From NCBI RefSeq assembly GCF_004010195.1, contig NC_057750.1, positions 18,045,466-18,109,465 of the forward strand: a stretch of 64,000 bases of DNA, given 5' to 3'. Shown in pieces: positions 1 to 13,138 of this stretch. The position numbers and the translations under genes are program-made. Source of the DNA: Chiloscyllium plagiosum (lineage: Eukaryota). The stretch's first letter is position 1. Every line of letters begins with the position of its first letter. Under the pieces are notes generated by a model. That model was given only the letters and a program-made list of their open reading frames with translations, ran no database searches and was not told the origin of the DNA.

Positions 1-145
1 CTGCTGAAGTCTCAAAGCAAAAAAAAAATAGAAAACGATACTTTAAAATATTTTTAAAAACATGGCATTGTTCTGCATTCAGTCTACACTAAAAATCAAA
101 AATTAGGCATCCATTTAGTTAACACCAACAGAAATACAACAGTAC

Positions 146-328
146 CTTCAAATCCAACCACTTATCAAGTAGCCTTTTCCCATTGAACTGGCAGAGAAGG
201 CCAGAGCTGGTAATACAGAAGATGCTTCCTGCCATCTTGCCTTTACCACATGCCACTCCAGAGAAAATGTTGTTGTGCAACTCACCCAGCAATGCAGACC
301 TTCCTATTAAGGGAACAGTAATATTTGC
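146..328 (-). CDS. wdr62: Coding exon 7 ([61 protein letters not shown]); gene continues beyond the window
   Basis: cccaaatctag acceptor, AAG|gtactg donor; 183 bp; ELHNNIF.GVACG.G.MAGS and CQFN.KR are WDR62-type residues (as recalled, MAPKBP1 has ELRNNLFTDVACG and CEFSDRR). Confidence 0.95.
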
Positions 329-1197
329 CTAGATTTGGGAAAACAGATATTTGGTTTAGAAATGAGCAGTGTGGTGAAAAATTACTCAAGGAAACTGTTA
401 AGCTCTCAAAATGGACTACTCTGATGATGCTTTACTGAAGAAACATGTTATTCAAGAAAGTCAATTTACTTCCTGTTACTCAAAACAAAAAGGACTTGTT
501 TTCTTTCTTCCTTGGTTATATTTGACTCAAAAACTTGTAGAGGCAATGTGTTAAGAAAATAAAGCAAATGCCAATTTTTATTTTCCAAAATGCATTGGCG
601 TCTGGTGCAGGATTTGCTTAAATTTGCATGATTTAGTTGTACATTGTAAGCAAGTTTTAAACTATGCTTTTTTATAAGTTACAACTTCAATATGTGAGGC
701 TCAAGACACAAACAGACGAGTTAAAAAATTTACAGTTGTAAGAATCGGATCATTCCAAGCTTCAGCGAACCAAAAAATCCACAGGACTCTCAACTTCCCA
801 TGGATAAACCCTTCATCAGTTTCTAACAAATTATTATCTTGGATGATGAGATTGGCATGAGTATTTAGGATGACCGACTAATTAACAACAAGTCAGATGG
901 TGGGGTGGGGGGTGTTTGGCACAGAGAGATTGAATATGCAATCAAATTTCAAAGAGTGCAAGAATAATAAGGAGTTATAGTGGAGGAATTTAACTGTACA
1001 TATTAACTGGGATAGTTTTAGTGTGCAAAGTAGGAAGAAAGGAACAAATTTCTTAAATTGTATCCAGAAGAATTTTTTTTTAGCAGTACAGTTAGACTAT
1101 GCTTTATCCTGCTCCTCGGATGCTGCCTGACCTGCTGCACTTTTCCAGCACCACTTTAACCCAGACTCTGATCTCCAGCATCTGCAGTCCTCACTTT

Positions 1198-1830
1198 TGC
1201 CTATCCACTCATTCTACTCTCATGGTCACATCCCCACAAAAATATTAGAAGATTTGTCAACACGACTTCCATTTAGTGAATCTATGCTGATGAGGACAGA
1301 TTGCATCACTACTTTCCAAATGCTCAGTTATTACATCTTTAATGATTCACTCCAGCATATTCCCCACCACCGATATCAGGCTAACTAGCCTATAATTCCC
1401 ACTTTCCTGTCTCCACCCTTTTAAAAAAAAGTCCACTGGAACTCTTCCAGAGTTTACAGAATACTGAAAAATGATCATTAATGCATCCACTATTTCTAGG
1501 GCCACTTCCTTAAGTATTCTGGGATGCAGACAATCAGGCTCTGGGGATGTATTGGGTTTTAATCCCATCAATTTCCCCAATACCATTTCCTGACTAATAA
1601 GGATTTCCTTCAGTTCCTCATTCATGCTTGACCCTCTGTCCCCTAGCATTTCCTGAAGATTATTTGTGTCCTCCTTACTGAAGACAAATCCAAAGTATTT
1701 GTTCAACTGGACAGCTAACTCTTTGTTGCCCATTACGAACTCCTCTGATTTTAACTGCAAGGGACCTACATTTGTCTTCATCACTCTTTTACTCTTCACA
1801 TATCTGTAGAAGGTTTTATAAACAGTTTTA
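1198..1830 (-). mobile_element. CR1/HER1 LINE ORF2 fragment
   Basis: LNKYFGFVFSKED..KLMGLKPNTSPEPDCLHPRILKE..NYRLVSLISVVG. Confidence 0.85.
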
Positions 1831-3790
1831 AAAGTGAAATGCAAGAGGTTTTGACAGAACTCAAGGCAAAAAAAAACCTTTTTATCCAAACTGTGGTGAG
1901 AGTCTAGAATGCACTGTATGGTAGTTGACAAGGGATGCTTCACAATTTTAAAAAAAGTACTTAGATGAACATTTGACGTGTCATAACAGTCAAGGCTTTG
2001 GGCCTAGTGCTAGAAAGTGGGACTAGTGCAGAGAATAGTACATTTTTGACAGTGCAGATCAACTGACCGAAGAGTCTCTTCTGATCTGTGAGATTCTATG
2101 ATATCTGACTGAATCAAGGAATAACCAAGAATTTTCCACCTGAACACACTTGATGTGGTCTACATGGACTTTAGAGAGGCTTCTGGTAAGACCTCTGGTG
2201 GCAGGATGGCCAAGAAAATATGACATACTGGCGAATAGGCAAAGGGTGATTTCTGTTACTAGAAGTCTGTTTAAATAGGGACGCTTCAGGACTGGGTGCT
2301 CCCTTGCTGATAATGGTAAACATTAACAAATTGGACTTAAATATCAGAGATACAAAGAAGAAGTTTGCAGATGACAAAAATTGAAAGAACGGTAAACATT
2401 GAAGATAGCTGCGGGCTATAGGAGGGTAGCAACAGATAGTCAGCTGGCAGAGCAGTGACACATGGTATTCATCAGAGCGAGAGTGAGCACCAAGCCCTAG
2501 GGGAGGACTAAGAAGGCAAAGGATATGCTCAATGATAGGACTGCAAAGTACTTAAGGTCAGGGAGACTTTGTTGTGCACATCTACAAATCCTTGAAGGGC
2601 AGGTGGATAAGATGGTATATGGGATAGTTGCCTTTATTAGCAGGAGGCACAGAATGCAAAAATTAAGATGATATGCTGGAGCTACATAAAACATTGGTTA
2701 GAACACAGTTGGAGTAGGAGTGTAGTTCTGGGCAACACATAATAGGAAGGATGCGATTATACCAGAGACAGTACAGGGGAAATTTATTACAATGCTGCCT
2801 GGGCTGGAGGATAAGATACATGAGGAAAGACTGGATAGGAACATAGGAAGAAGTGTGGACCATTCAGCCCCTCAAGCCAGTCTGCCATTCTGTGAAATCA
2901 ATGGTAATCTGTGGTCCAACCCAAAACTCTGTCTACATTTGATAAATCTTTCTTAATCTGTCTTAGATTTAAACTAACAACCATTCCAGCATCAACAGCT
3001 ATATGTGGAAGTATATTCCAAACATCTACCATCCTGTGTGTCAAAGTGCTTCTTAATATCTCTCCTGAATGGTCTGGCCCTGATTCTCAGACTGTGCTCC
3101 CTACTTCTAGAATCCCCACCCAGTGGAAACAGTTATCATTATTGACTCTGTCTTCTCCTATTACTATATCGAAGATTGCGATTGAATCATCCCATAACTT
3201 TCTAAATTCTACAGAAAGGTCTCATTTGTATAATCAGCCATCAGAACTTAACCTCTGTTGTCCTAGTAGCATTCTTATAAACCTATGTTGTACTTCCTCC
3301 AAACGCCCAAAATATCCTTCCTAAGGTGAAGTGCCCAGATCACCTCAGGGTACTCCAAGTCTGATCCAGTCAGAAATTTGTACAGCCTGAGGTTGTTTTC
3401 GTTAGAGCAGTGAAGATTGAGGAAGACCTGATAGAGGTACAAGAGATTATGATGGGCATAGATAGAAATCAGATGTTCCTATCCACCCTATCAGTAGACA
3501 GATCAGTTTGCAGGAGCACAGATTTAAGGTAGAAGGCTAAGACAACAGAATGATGGAGAATTATTCACTTAGAGGATGGAGAGATTCTGGAACTCACTGT
3601 TTGAAAAGGTGGTTGAGTTAGAAACTCTTGTAATATTTATGCAGTATTTAGATATTCAGCTTCATTGCCATAGCCTCCAAGGCTCTGAGCCAAGAACGTA
3701 ACAAAAAGGATCAATACAGTAAAATCCCTGTTGACCTATGATGTGACAGGCTGAATAGCTTCCTTCTCTACCATAAATGTCCATGAGTAC
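1830..3790. mobile_element. Cluster of decayed CR1 fragments (plus-strand RT/3' ends with a nested minus-strand copy at ~2840-3385)
   Basis: Degenerate KFADD and LELHKTLVRTQLE motifs and CR1 3' UTRs. Confidence 0.7.
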
Positions 3791-3951
3791 CTTGTGATTA
3801 TTTCTCATCTTAAATTGCTGTATTAATCTCAAAAGGAAACTTATTTTCTTGCACCAATACAATTGGTCCTAGATTGAAGCATTCATTCCTGTCAAACCAT
3901 TTTGAACTAAGCTTGAAATAATTATTTCTGACACAGGAAGAATGTACGTAC

Positions 3952-4089
3952 CTTGCAGGCTTTGGATTCATTTAAATACCAAAACTTGACATGCCTGTTG
4001 CCGGTTGTAACAAAGAAACTGCTGTCTTCAGAGAAGGAAACAGCTGTAACTTTACTGGAAACTTTATTAGATGCCACAATGGAGTTTTT
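3952..4089 (-). CDS. wdr62: Coding exon 6 ([46 protein letters not shown])
   Basis: ttttgacag acceptor, AAG|gtacgt donor; 138 bp, open. Confidence 0.96.
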
Positions 4090-4816
4090 CTGTCAAAACA
4101 AGTACAAGTACATTTCTGCGAGCATCATGTTATGATCTCAGCTGATGTTATTGCTGGACAAATCAGATCCCAGACTGAAACCTAGATTACAGTTTCTTTT
4201 AACAAAATAAAAAAGGTATCTCACAAACAGAAGGACAATGCTGCAGATTTTGTCTTAACATTAAATAGAAGTGCATTAGCAAGATGAAAACATAAAACAG
4301 AATAAATCAATCTCTCTGTACCACAAATTCAAAAGAATTTTTAAACAAACAGTAAAATATAAAATGACCCAACCACAAAACACTTGTTTATAAATTCAGA
4401 AAACCTACACCCTTAGAGCAGTATAAAGATCGAGGAATGAATGTAATTCTCACACATTAGGCTCTGCCACTTCACTGTAGCAGAGCAGTACAATGCTCCA
4501 GAGGGACTAGGTAGAGGAAACGTTTTACATAGGCAAGGTAATTCATAAAATAAGGAAAACATCAGCAACAAAAGTATTTTGGTAGCTGCAGACTTGCATT
4601 GTTACTATTATTATTCAATAATATATTGTCTTTCATAAATGGCACATAACTATGTTTGGAATTCTAGAAGTTAACAGGCATGTGGATCTCCATATTTTCT
4701 CTGTGGTTTAAACTTTATGGTGTGAACTTCTGACACACCTTGTGCCCATGTTTAATTACATTTGGCACAGAATGCAAAAGTCAAAAATGCACCACAGTCT
4801 ATGTTTGAACTCTTAC

Positions 4817-4987
4817 CTTCCAATCCCAAACATTCACAAGTTTATCATGCTGGTAGCCCACCGATACAATATACTTCAGGTTGGGAGAAAAAGATACACA
4901 TGACACTCCATACTTGTGGCACTGTAATTCAGCCACTTGCACTTTGTCAGACACATCCCAGACACGCACAGCAGGCATATGTCCACT
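4817..4987 (-). CDS. wdr62: Coding exon 5 ([57 protein letters not shown])
   Basis: poly-T...aaatag acceptor, AAG|gtaaga donor; 171 bp, open; HKYGV and GYQHD..NVWDWK family motifs. Confidence 0.96.
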
Positions 4988-5067
4988 CTATTTAAAAAAA
5001 AAAGACATACGTAAAACATACAGCAGGAAATCAACAAAATTTATTTCAGAACTCTAACCACACAGTG

Positions 5068-5501
5068 CATAGAACTGTACAGCACAGTAACCGGCCCTTT
5101 GGTCCACAACGTCGTGCTGAACATGACGCCAAACTAAACCAACCCCTTCTGCCTGACTTGGTCCTTATCCCTCCATTCCTCAAATATTCATGTGCTTATC
5201 TAGAAGTTCCTTAAACACCCCTATTGTATCTGGCTCCACCATCACCCCTGGCAGCACATTTCACACTCCTAACACACTCTGCATAGGAAATTTGCCCCTC
5301 ACATCTCCGATGAACTTTCCCTCTCACACCTTAAATGCATGCCCTCATTTTACACATTTCAATTCTGGAGAAAAGAATTCGGACTGTCAACCATATGTAT
5401 ATCGTAATTTTATAGACTTCTATTAAGTCTCTCCTTAGCCTCTGCCACTCCAGAGAAGACAGCCCAAACTTTTCTAGCCTCTCCTTATAGCTCACAGTTT
5501 C
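5068..5501 (-). mobile_element. CR1/HER1 LINE 3' end
   Basis: SYKERLEKFGLSSLEWQRLRRDLIEVYKI plus 3' UTR. Confidence 0.85.
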
Positions 5502-5814
5502 TGTTTTCAGAGGGTAACTAAAGAAGAAGTACTTGCAGAACACAACGTTGTGGTTCGCCATTCCCAGAAACAGCGATCTTCTGCGGGACACACGCAGAAC
5601 ACAAGAAACTGTCTTTCACGGGCCTTTTTTGTACACATCATTCAGATTATAAAAACTGCTGCACCTGTTCTTCTGAGAGAGACGGCGTGGTCAAGTCCCA
5701 TGGTTAGGGTCAGAATCATGCTGCCCCTCTCAAACGTTTTTAATTTAATACATTTGATTTAATCAATTTGATGACTTTCTTCTAAATTTGAATTTTATTA
5801 ATTTTACTACAACA
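5502..5814 (+). repeat. 5' LTR of the ERV
   Basis: TGTT...AACA termini, TATAAAA at ~5648, starts exactly where CR1 homology stops, followed after 3 nt by the PBS. Confidence 0.75.
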
Positions 5815-5817
5815 AAT

Positions 5818-5835
5818 TGGTGCTACGAGCAGGGT
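5818..5835 (+). promoter_or_regulatory. Primer-binding site, tRNA-Ser-like
   Basis: TGGTGCTACGAGCAGGGT resembles the complement of a vertebrate tRNA-Ser 3' end (TGGCGCAGCGAGCAGGGT as recalled) with 3 differences. Confidence 0.65.
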
Positions 5836-7371
5836 CCTGTTCACGGAGACCCGGGAAGGTTGGCCACCCCTGGGGAGTCGGGGCAGGATATCGGACAAAA
5901 GTAGGTAAAACTACAGAAGTTGTTGATCTGGTAAGAGTGAATGAGAGTGTTTGTTGTGTGGCCTCTGAGTTGAGTCATGCTCAGATGCCAGTTTGATTAC
6001 CTCAGGCAGGAACAATGGCCTAGATTAAATAAGCGGGATACGGGGAAACGATCACTCCCTAAAATAGGTATCGCTGGACTCAGATATGAACAATTCTGGG
6101 CAAGACATGGCCAGTGGGAAAACACTCAGCAGTCATGGCAGGTGAGGAAACGCGATCGACTGACAGAGGATCTGAGAGTATAAACCTATCATTGTTACGG
6201 CAAGACAGGGAGATCAATGGGACTCCCGGGGTCTCATTAACCAATATATGTTAGACAGACATTCACTCATTAGATAGATAAGAAAGAGTGACTGGGATCC
6301 GTCTCAGACCTTAGAACAACAGTGAAATTGGCTGATGGGCGAAAAGAAAGATAAGACCAAGAAAACAGATGTTCTTTTGGTCCATCGATTGGCTGGCCTC
6401 ATAGGTCAGACGTTGGAATCCACAAAGAAATGGACCAAGGAAAAACAAATACTTCAATCACGACTAAGGGAACTGGGAAAAAAAAAATCAGTTCCTGGAG
6501 GATAGTCAGTGGAGCCCGTTGCCACTTTATAATACCCAGGAGATCCTGGTCACATTGCCTGAACCGTCAGATGACTCTCCTGAGGAAATTAACTCGGAGT
6601 GGGGAAGGAGCTAATGCGAATACAAAATATAAGCCATTTACACCAGGTGAATTGCAGCAGATCTTAGCTTCCCTGGATTGCTTACAGCCTCGCAGTCATA
6701 ATGCAAAGTTTTGGGCAGAATTAGATACCATCTGGGTGGGCCACCGACCACATTTAAAGGAACCAACTGGTCCAGGCTGCATGTCCTCCGGACAAGTGGC
6801 ATCTAATATCTAACATAGCCGATGCCGCATAGCAACAAAGTCAAGATTATAGGAGAGGCACCCCCATTAAAGGAGATATAGAAGATCAGCAGGAGCTCTC
6901 CAGCAGATTTAAGGCCGAAATACAGCATGTTTTGGAGCAAGACGACTCCTATACAAAACAAAAGGGGAGTTACTGTCAGCACCGGGACTGGAATTACCAG
7001 ATGTTACTAAAAACTTCTACATTTACTACAACGAAGAGGGAAGTTTTTACTTGGCAGTAGCAACCCAGCTCCATGGCAAAAAACAGCGACCTATAGGGTA
7101 CTAATTTATTGCTGAAAGACCTGTCGTGAATGGCTTGCCCAGATGTATAGCTGCTTTAGACTGTGCCGTGTGGGCTGTGAGGTCAGTCAGCCTGGGTATA
7201 TAGTCAGGGAATATAGTCTTGCATACCAGACATCCTCATAGAAATGTTAAATATGGGAAAATTACACGGTTTCTAACACGAGAAAGGCAAAATGGGAGGC
7301 TGTTCTTTTGCCACCAACGAAATCCATTACTGTTGTACGAGATACCTGGGAAAACCCAGCGAAATGCCGGT

Positions 7372-7442
7372 GCATTGGTGGTTCAGTGGTAGAATTCTCG
7401 CCTGCCACGCGGGAGGCCCGGGTTCGATTCCCAGCCAATGCA
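7372..7442 (+). tRNA. tRNA-Gly(GCC) gene or recent pseudogene embedded in ERV pol
   Basis: 71-nt cloverleaf GCATTGG...CCAATGCA, anticodon GCC at 7404-7406, intact A and B boxes; differs from the canonical vertebrate Gly-GCC only by G>A at 7433 (T-stem mismatch); no encoded CCA. Confidence 0.93.
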
Positions 7443-7923
7443 TTGCCGCTCCCTTTGTTTGTGGCTATTACGGAGACATGATGAAGTAGAGGAAAATAGG
7501 ATAAAGGACGTATTCATAGAGGCACCAGATGAGACCCTGTTTGTGGATGGCTCACGGAAATATGTAGACGGTTTGCCACAACGAGATGGGCAGTAGTGAA
7601 CGTGGAACTACGAGTTGCCTGAGCAGGGAGAATAGAGGGAGGCCTGTCAGCCTAGGTGACTGAGTTAGTGGCCCTTACTCATGCCTTCACAGAGGAGAGA
7701 GAGTGAAGAGGGTTAACATTTACGCTGATAGTAGATATGCATTTGGGATTGTCCACAATTACATGACTGTTTGGGGAAAATGTGGATTTGTCACCACGGG
7801 GGGACGGACGGGGAGGGGGGACCCCTGTCAAGCATGGGCAGATACTAAAGACTATCCTGGAGGCCAGTGAGTTCCCATCGGAGGCTGAAGTGTTGAAGGT
7901 CAAGGCCCACCAGAGGGAACCAG

Positions 7924-10900
7924 ATAGGTCCCATTTAAATCTTGCTCCTCTCACCTCAAACCTATGTCCTCTAGTCTGGACTCCCACACCCAGGGAAGAG
8001 ATCTTTGTCTATTTACCTTATCCATGCCCCTCATGATTTTATAAGCCTCTATACAGTCACCCCTCGGCCTCAAACTGCAGTGAAAACAGCCCCAACCTAT
8101 TCAGCCTCTCCCCATAGCTCAAACCCTCCAATGATAGCAACATCTTTGTTAATCTTATCTGGATTTAAACTCCATTCGCCATAACTCCGCTCATATCTGC
8201 AACTGATCTATATCCTGCTGTAACCATTGACACCTTCTATACTAGCCACAAATCCTCCGATCTTTGTATCACCTGCAAACTTACTGACCCACCCATTACA
8301 TTATATATGTGTCCCCCAATATGTGGATCCCTGCAGAACATTACTAGTCACTGACCTCCAGCCTGAAAAACACCCTTCCACCCCTTCTCTTTGCCCTCTG
8401 TGGACAAGCTAATTCTGAATCAAAGCTGCCAAGTCACCTTAATCTTCTGGCTAAACATACCATGAGGGAAACTTGTTGAAAATCCACGTAGACAACATCT
8501 ACTGCTCTACCCTCATCGACCACCTTTGACACCTCAAAATATTAAATCACGTTAATAAGACATTACTTGCCCCACACAGAGTCATGCTGACATTCCCTAA
8601 TTTGGCCATGTTCTTCCAAATGCATGTAAATCCTCTCCCTAAGAATTCTCTACAATAGTGTCCCATCCACCAATGTGAAACTCACCAGTCTATAGTTTCC
8701 TGCATTATCTCGAATTCCCTTCTTGAACAGAGGAACATAAGCTACTTGCCAGTCCTCCATGACCTCATTAGTGGCTAGCAAGGATACAAAGAACTTGGTC
8801 AAGGGCTCAGCAATCTCCTGTCTTGCCTCTCCCCATAACCTGGGGTAGATACCATTGGGTTCCATTACCCACCTTAATGCTCTTCAGGAGACCCAACACC
8901 ATTTCTTTCTTGATTTCAAACTACCCTAGCCTATTAGCATGCTCCACTCTAATCTCGCTATCCTCCATATCCTTCTCCAGGGTGAACACTGATGCAAAAA
9001 TACTCATTCAGGATTTCACGTACATGTTTGCCTCAAACACAAGTTCCCTCCTTTATTCATGAGTGGTCATACCTTCGCCTTAGTTATCCTCTGGTTTTTA
9101 AATGTATCTGTAGAATGCCTTGGGATATTCTTAAATCCTACTTGCTTAAACGCCTAATTGCCTAATTCAGTTCTTTCCTGCTTTACTTATATTGCTCATG
9201 GGCTTTGTCTGATTTTAGCTTCCTAAACCATGCATATGTTTTTCTTCCCTTTTTGACTAAATTCACAAGCTCCCTCATTATCCAAGAGTCCCTTATTTTG
9301 CCATCCATGTCCTTCTTCCCTACTGAAGCATGCCTGTCCTCAACTCTCATATTGGTACCTTCCCACAAGGTCCTGACTTATCCTTATACATCACCTTCTT
9401 AAAACTTAAGGAGTTGTGATCACTTTTTTCAAAATGCCCTGCAACTGAAAAGTCAGTCACCAGCCATCATAAGGTCCAGTATGGCCCCTCCTCTAATTGG
9501 ACCATCTGCATAATGTTTCAAGTAAGCCTCTTGCTCTAAGGAGTCCCAGTCAATACTGGGAAAGTTAAAGTCACCCACTATGACAACTTTGTTGTTATTC
9601 CATTTTTCCATATTCTGCCTACATATTTGTTTCTCAAAGTCTCAGTGGTTGTTGAAGGGTTGATAGTATAATCCTATCAGGAGTGACTGCACCTATTTTA
9701 TTTTTGATCTCTACCCATATGGCCTCAGTGGATAAACCCTCCATTACGATCTCTCTGACTGATGTGACATTCTCCGATTAGAAATACAACTCCTCCTCCT
9801 TTAACCTTTCTCTCTTGCCTAAAACAACAAAGCCTTGGAAAGTTGAGCAGCGAAACCTGTCCCTCTCTCAACCAAATCTCTGTAATGGCTGCAACATCAT
9901 AGTTCCATGTACTGATCAAGGCTCTAAGCTCATCTGCCTTACTCCTTTGCATTGAAATAAGCACACTTCAGCACATTAGTACCATTATGTTGTTTTACCC
10001 ATCTCTGTCCATCCTTCCTTTCTGACTTACTGGTCCTAACATCTATCTTCCCCTCGATTCCTCCACTTGCTGACCTGCTGCTTTGGTCACCACTCCCGCT
10101 CCAGAATAGCACTAGCGAACCTCCCTGTGAAGATATTATTTCCTCTTCAGTTTAGATGCAACCCGTGCCTCTCATACAGGTCACCACTGCCACAGAACAA
10201 TGCACCACAGAAATAGGCCCATCAGCCCTCCTAGCCTGTGTTGACACATTTTGCTCTTCCATATTAAAACTGCCTTCACTAATAGGATCTGTATCCCTCT
10301 ATTTCCTTCTTATCCATGTATGCATTTAGATGCTTCTTGAACGCTGCTGTTGTCTCTGTTTCCACCATCTCCTCTGGCAGTGCAGGAAAGGTCCGAGTTA
10401 TCCAAGAACCTGAAACTCCTGTACCAACTCTTTAGCCATGCATTCATCTGTCCTATCTTTTTATTCCTTGCTTCACTAGCACATGGCACTGGTAATAACC
10501 CAGAGAATACTAACCATGAGGTCCTGCTTTTCAGCCTCTTTCCTAACTCCCTGTACCGACGCATCAGAACCTCATCCCTCTTTCTACCCATGTCATTGGT
10601 ACCAAATGTGCATAATGATCTCTGGCGGCTCACCTTGCCCCTTATGAATTTCATCCAACCACTCAGATGTCCTAGATGCTGGCACCAGGGAGGTAACACA
10701 TCAGCAGCACAAAAATGCCCATCTGTGCCCCTAATTAATGAGCTTCCTACCAGGGAGTTTATGTTGCAGCTGTATAGGGTGCTGGTGAAGCCACACCTGG
10801 AGTACGATGTGCAGTTTTGGTCTCCTTACTTGAGAAAGGATGTACTGATACCGGAGGGGTGCAGAGAAAGTTAATTAGGTTGAATCCAGAGTTGAGGGGA

Positions 10901-11620
10901 CTGGCTTATAAGGAGAGACCTAATGGACTAGGATTATATTCACTGGAATTAAGAAAGAATGAGGGGGGATCTTATAGAAACATAAAATTATGAAGGGAAT
11001 AGATAGGATAGAAATAGAGGGGATGTTTCCACTGGTGGGTAGAAGTAGGACAAGAGGCATAGCCTCAAAATTAGGGGGAGTAGATTTACAACTGAATCAA
11101 GAAGGACCTTCTTCACCCAGAGGGTTGTGAATCTATGGAATTTCCTATCCAGTAAAGTAGTTGAGGCTTCCTCAGTAAATGTTTTTAAAGCTAAGATAGA
11201 TTCTTTTTTGAACAGTAAAGGAATGAAGGGTTACGGTGAGAGGATGGGTAAGTGGAGTTGAGGCCATGAAAAGATCAGCTATGACCATATCGAGTGGTGG
11301 AGCAGGCTCAAGGGGCCAGATGGCCTACTCCTGCTCTTAGTTCTTACGTTCAATATTGCTCACTTGGATCTTGCCTGACTCTGGTCTACAGTAGAGCCAG
11401 TTGTGGTGCCACAGGCCTGGCTGCTACTGTTATACTCCCTTGAGAGGTTACCAGCCTCCATCAACAGTTTTACTTGTTAGAGTGGGGAATAGCCACAGTA
11501 GACTCCTGCACTATCTGCCTGCCTCTCCAGGCAGTCACCTGTCTACCTGACCGAATTGGAGGTGTGACCACCTCCTTGTAACTGGTGTCTATCCCACTCT
11601 CTGCTCCCTGTGTGCTCCTC
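7924..11620 (-). mobile_element. Long decayed CR1 LINE retaining ORF1 (SGNH esterase-like), endonuclease and RT remnants, interrupted by younger CR1 3' ends (~10195-10382, ~10750-11350)
   Basis: ORF1 GTNDMGRKRDEVL..SGLLPVP..MNAWLKSW..FRFLDN; EN KADELRALISTWNYDVAAITEIWL..GGGV; RT PNGIYPRL..PLFKKG..NYRLVS. Confidence 0.85.
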
Positions 11621-11884
11621 ATCAGAAGAATTAGAAGTTCCCAAACTTATACCATTTTATTTCAATGTGGGTCTTTCAATTAAGGCTGAAGAGGAACTCC
11701 TTCTCAACATTGGGATTCTTTGGACTTCTCTACTTGAGTGTTGTGAATGCTGAATTATTAAAATTGATAGTTTTGAAAGCCTGTAAACAGATAGAGCTGT
11801 GAGGGAGCCAATGGCTGTGGGGAACATGCACAAAAGCACAGTTGAGACCAAGATCATATCAAACGCTTCCCTCCCCCCCCCCCA

Positions 11885-12190
11885 CCTTATTCATTCACAG
11901 GATGTGTGCATCACTGACTATTGCTCATCTCACAAGTTATGTCAACCACATTGTTGTGGGTGTTGAATCACATGCAGGCCAGACAGGTAAGGATGGCAGT
12001 TTCGCTCCCTGAAGAACATTATTGAACCAGATGGGTTTTTCTAACAATCGACAATGGATTCAAGGTCATCATCAGACCACTTAATTTTATTGAATTCAAA
12101 TTCCATCATTTGAACAAAAGATCCCCAGAATGTTACCAGGGTCTCCAGGCTAATAGTTCAGTGATAATACCAATAGCCCATTGCCTCCCT
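11885..12190 (-). mobile_element. tRNA-derived shark SINE, decayed
   Basis: tRNA-like head at the right end (GGAGGCAATGG..GGTATTATCACTGAACTATTAG..CAGA on the minus strand) and a LINE-derived tail. Confidence 0.5.
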
Positions 12191-12243
12191 TTAAACTGGA
12201 AAATTGCAAACTACACATGTGGTCATTTTACAAATGTACTCAC

Positions 12244-12301
12244 CTCCCCAGTAACAAGGTATTTTCCATCAGGTGAGAATGCCAAAGCACTGACTGCTTT
12301 C
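12244..12301 (-). CDS. wdr62: Coding exon 4 (KAVSALAFSPDGKYLVTGE)
   Basis: ttttgatttag acceptor, GAG|gtgagt donor; 58 bp; WD40 motif LAFSPDGKY. Confidence 0.95.
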
Positions 12302-13138
12302 CTAAATCAAAAGAAAATTAGGTCAATAATGGACTTGAAGCATCATTAGCAATCAAATTGGAATTTTCAAACAATATTGGTGGATTTGATTTAGGTTTAT
12401 GTGGTCTAAATAGGGAAAAAAAAAAACTTTCTATTTAGGTATATCTAGCAACATAGAACTCTTGAAATGACAAACTTCAAACGCTGTGATGCACAACATT
12501 AAATAACTAGTGTGTAACTTCTGTGGAGTTCATCATGATAAAATTTCTTATTATAATGACAATATTTTGGTATTTTATTGGAGTTAGTTTCCATTACTGC
12601 ATAAATAACACACTTTTTTATTGACAAATCACAAATGTTATGCTGTGATTTAGAGGGGAACCCATTGACAGCAAGTCTCAAACTAGTTCAGAACACACGA
12701 CCAAATAAAATAATGCACTGAATAGAAAACCAAATAGCAAGCTTTCTAAAAAAAAAAGTTGGATAGAAATATCTTGAAAGGCAAAAACATAAAATCGACC
12801 CAAGTTCATCATAATAACTGGACTTACAAGTCCATGCACTACGTTCCCCAACAACCAAAAATGATAACTCTCATGAAGACAAAAAGGGGATGTGGAAAAC
12901 AACATTATGGAAATTAAATATAGTGATAATTCAATGACCATGACATAACATTATACATCCCTAGACTTAAGTATCTCCCATTAGAAAACAGGGCTACAGT
13001 CAGGGATGAACCAAACATCACTAAAATTCCACTTTCCACTCTTCAAGTATTTCTACATTCAAACAATGACTTGAACAACAGTGTTGTGTTGGTGTTTTTG
13101 ATTGCATCATACTAAATACTGTTTTCATTCTCCCTTAC

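Larger units (their letters stand above)
5502..7923 (+). mobile_element. Class I (gamma/epsilon-like) endogenous retrovirus, internally deleted and 3' truncated, antisense in intron 4
   Basis: LTR + PBS; capsid-like KYKPFTPGELQQIL at ~6620-6670; tether LLSAPGLELPDVTKNF..QRPIGY..GLPRCIAAL..SNTRKAKWEAVLL..ENPA; RNase H LFVDGS..ELVALTHA..VNIYADSRYAFGIVH..KVKAH; multiple stops and frameshifts. Confidence 0.9.
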
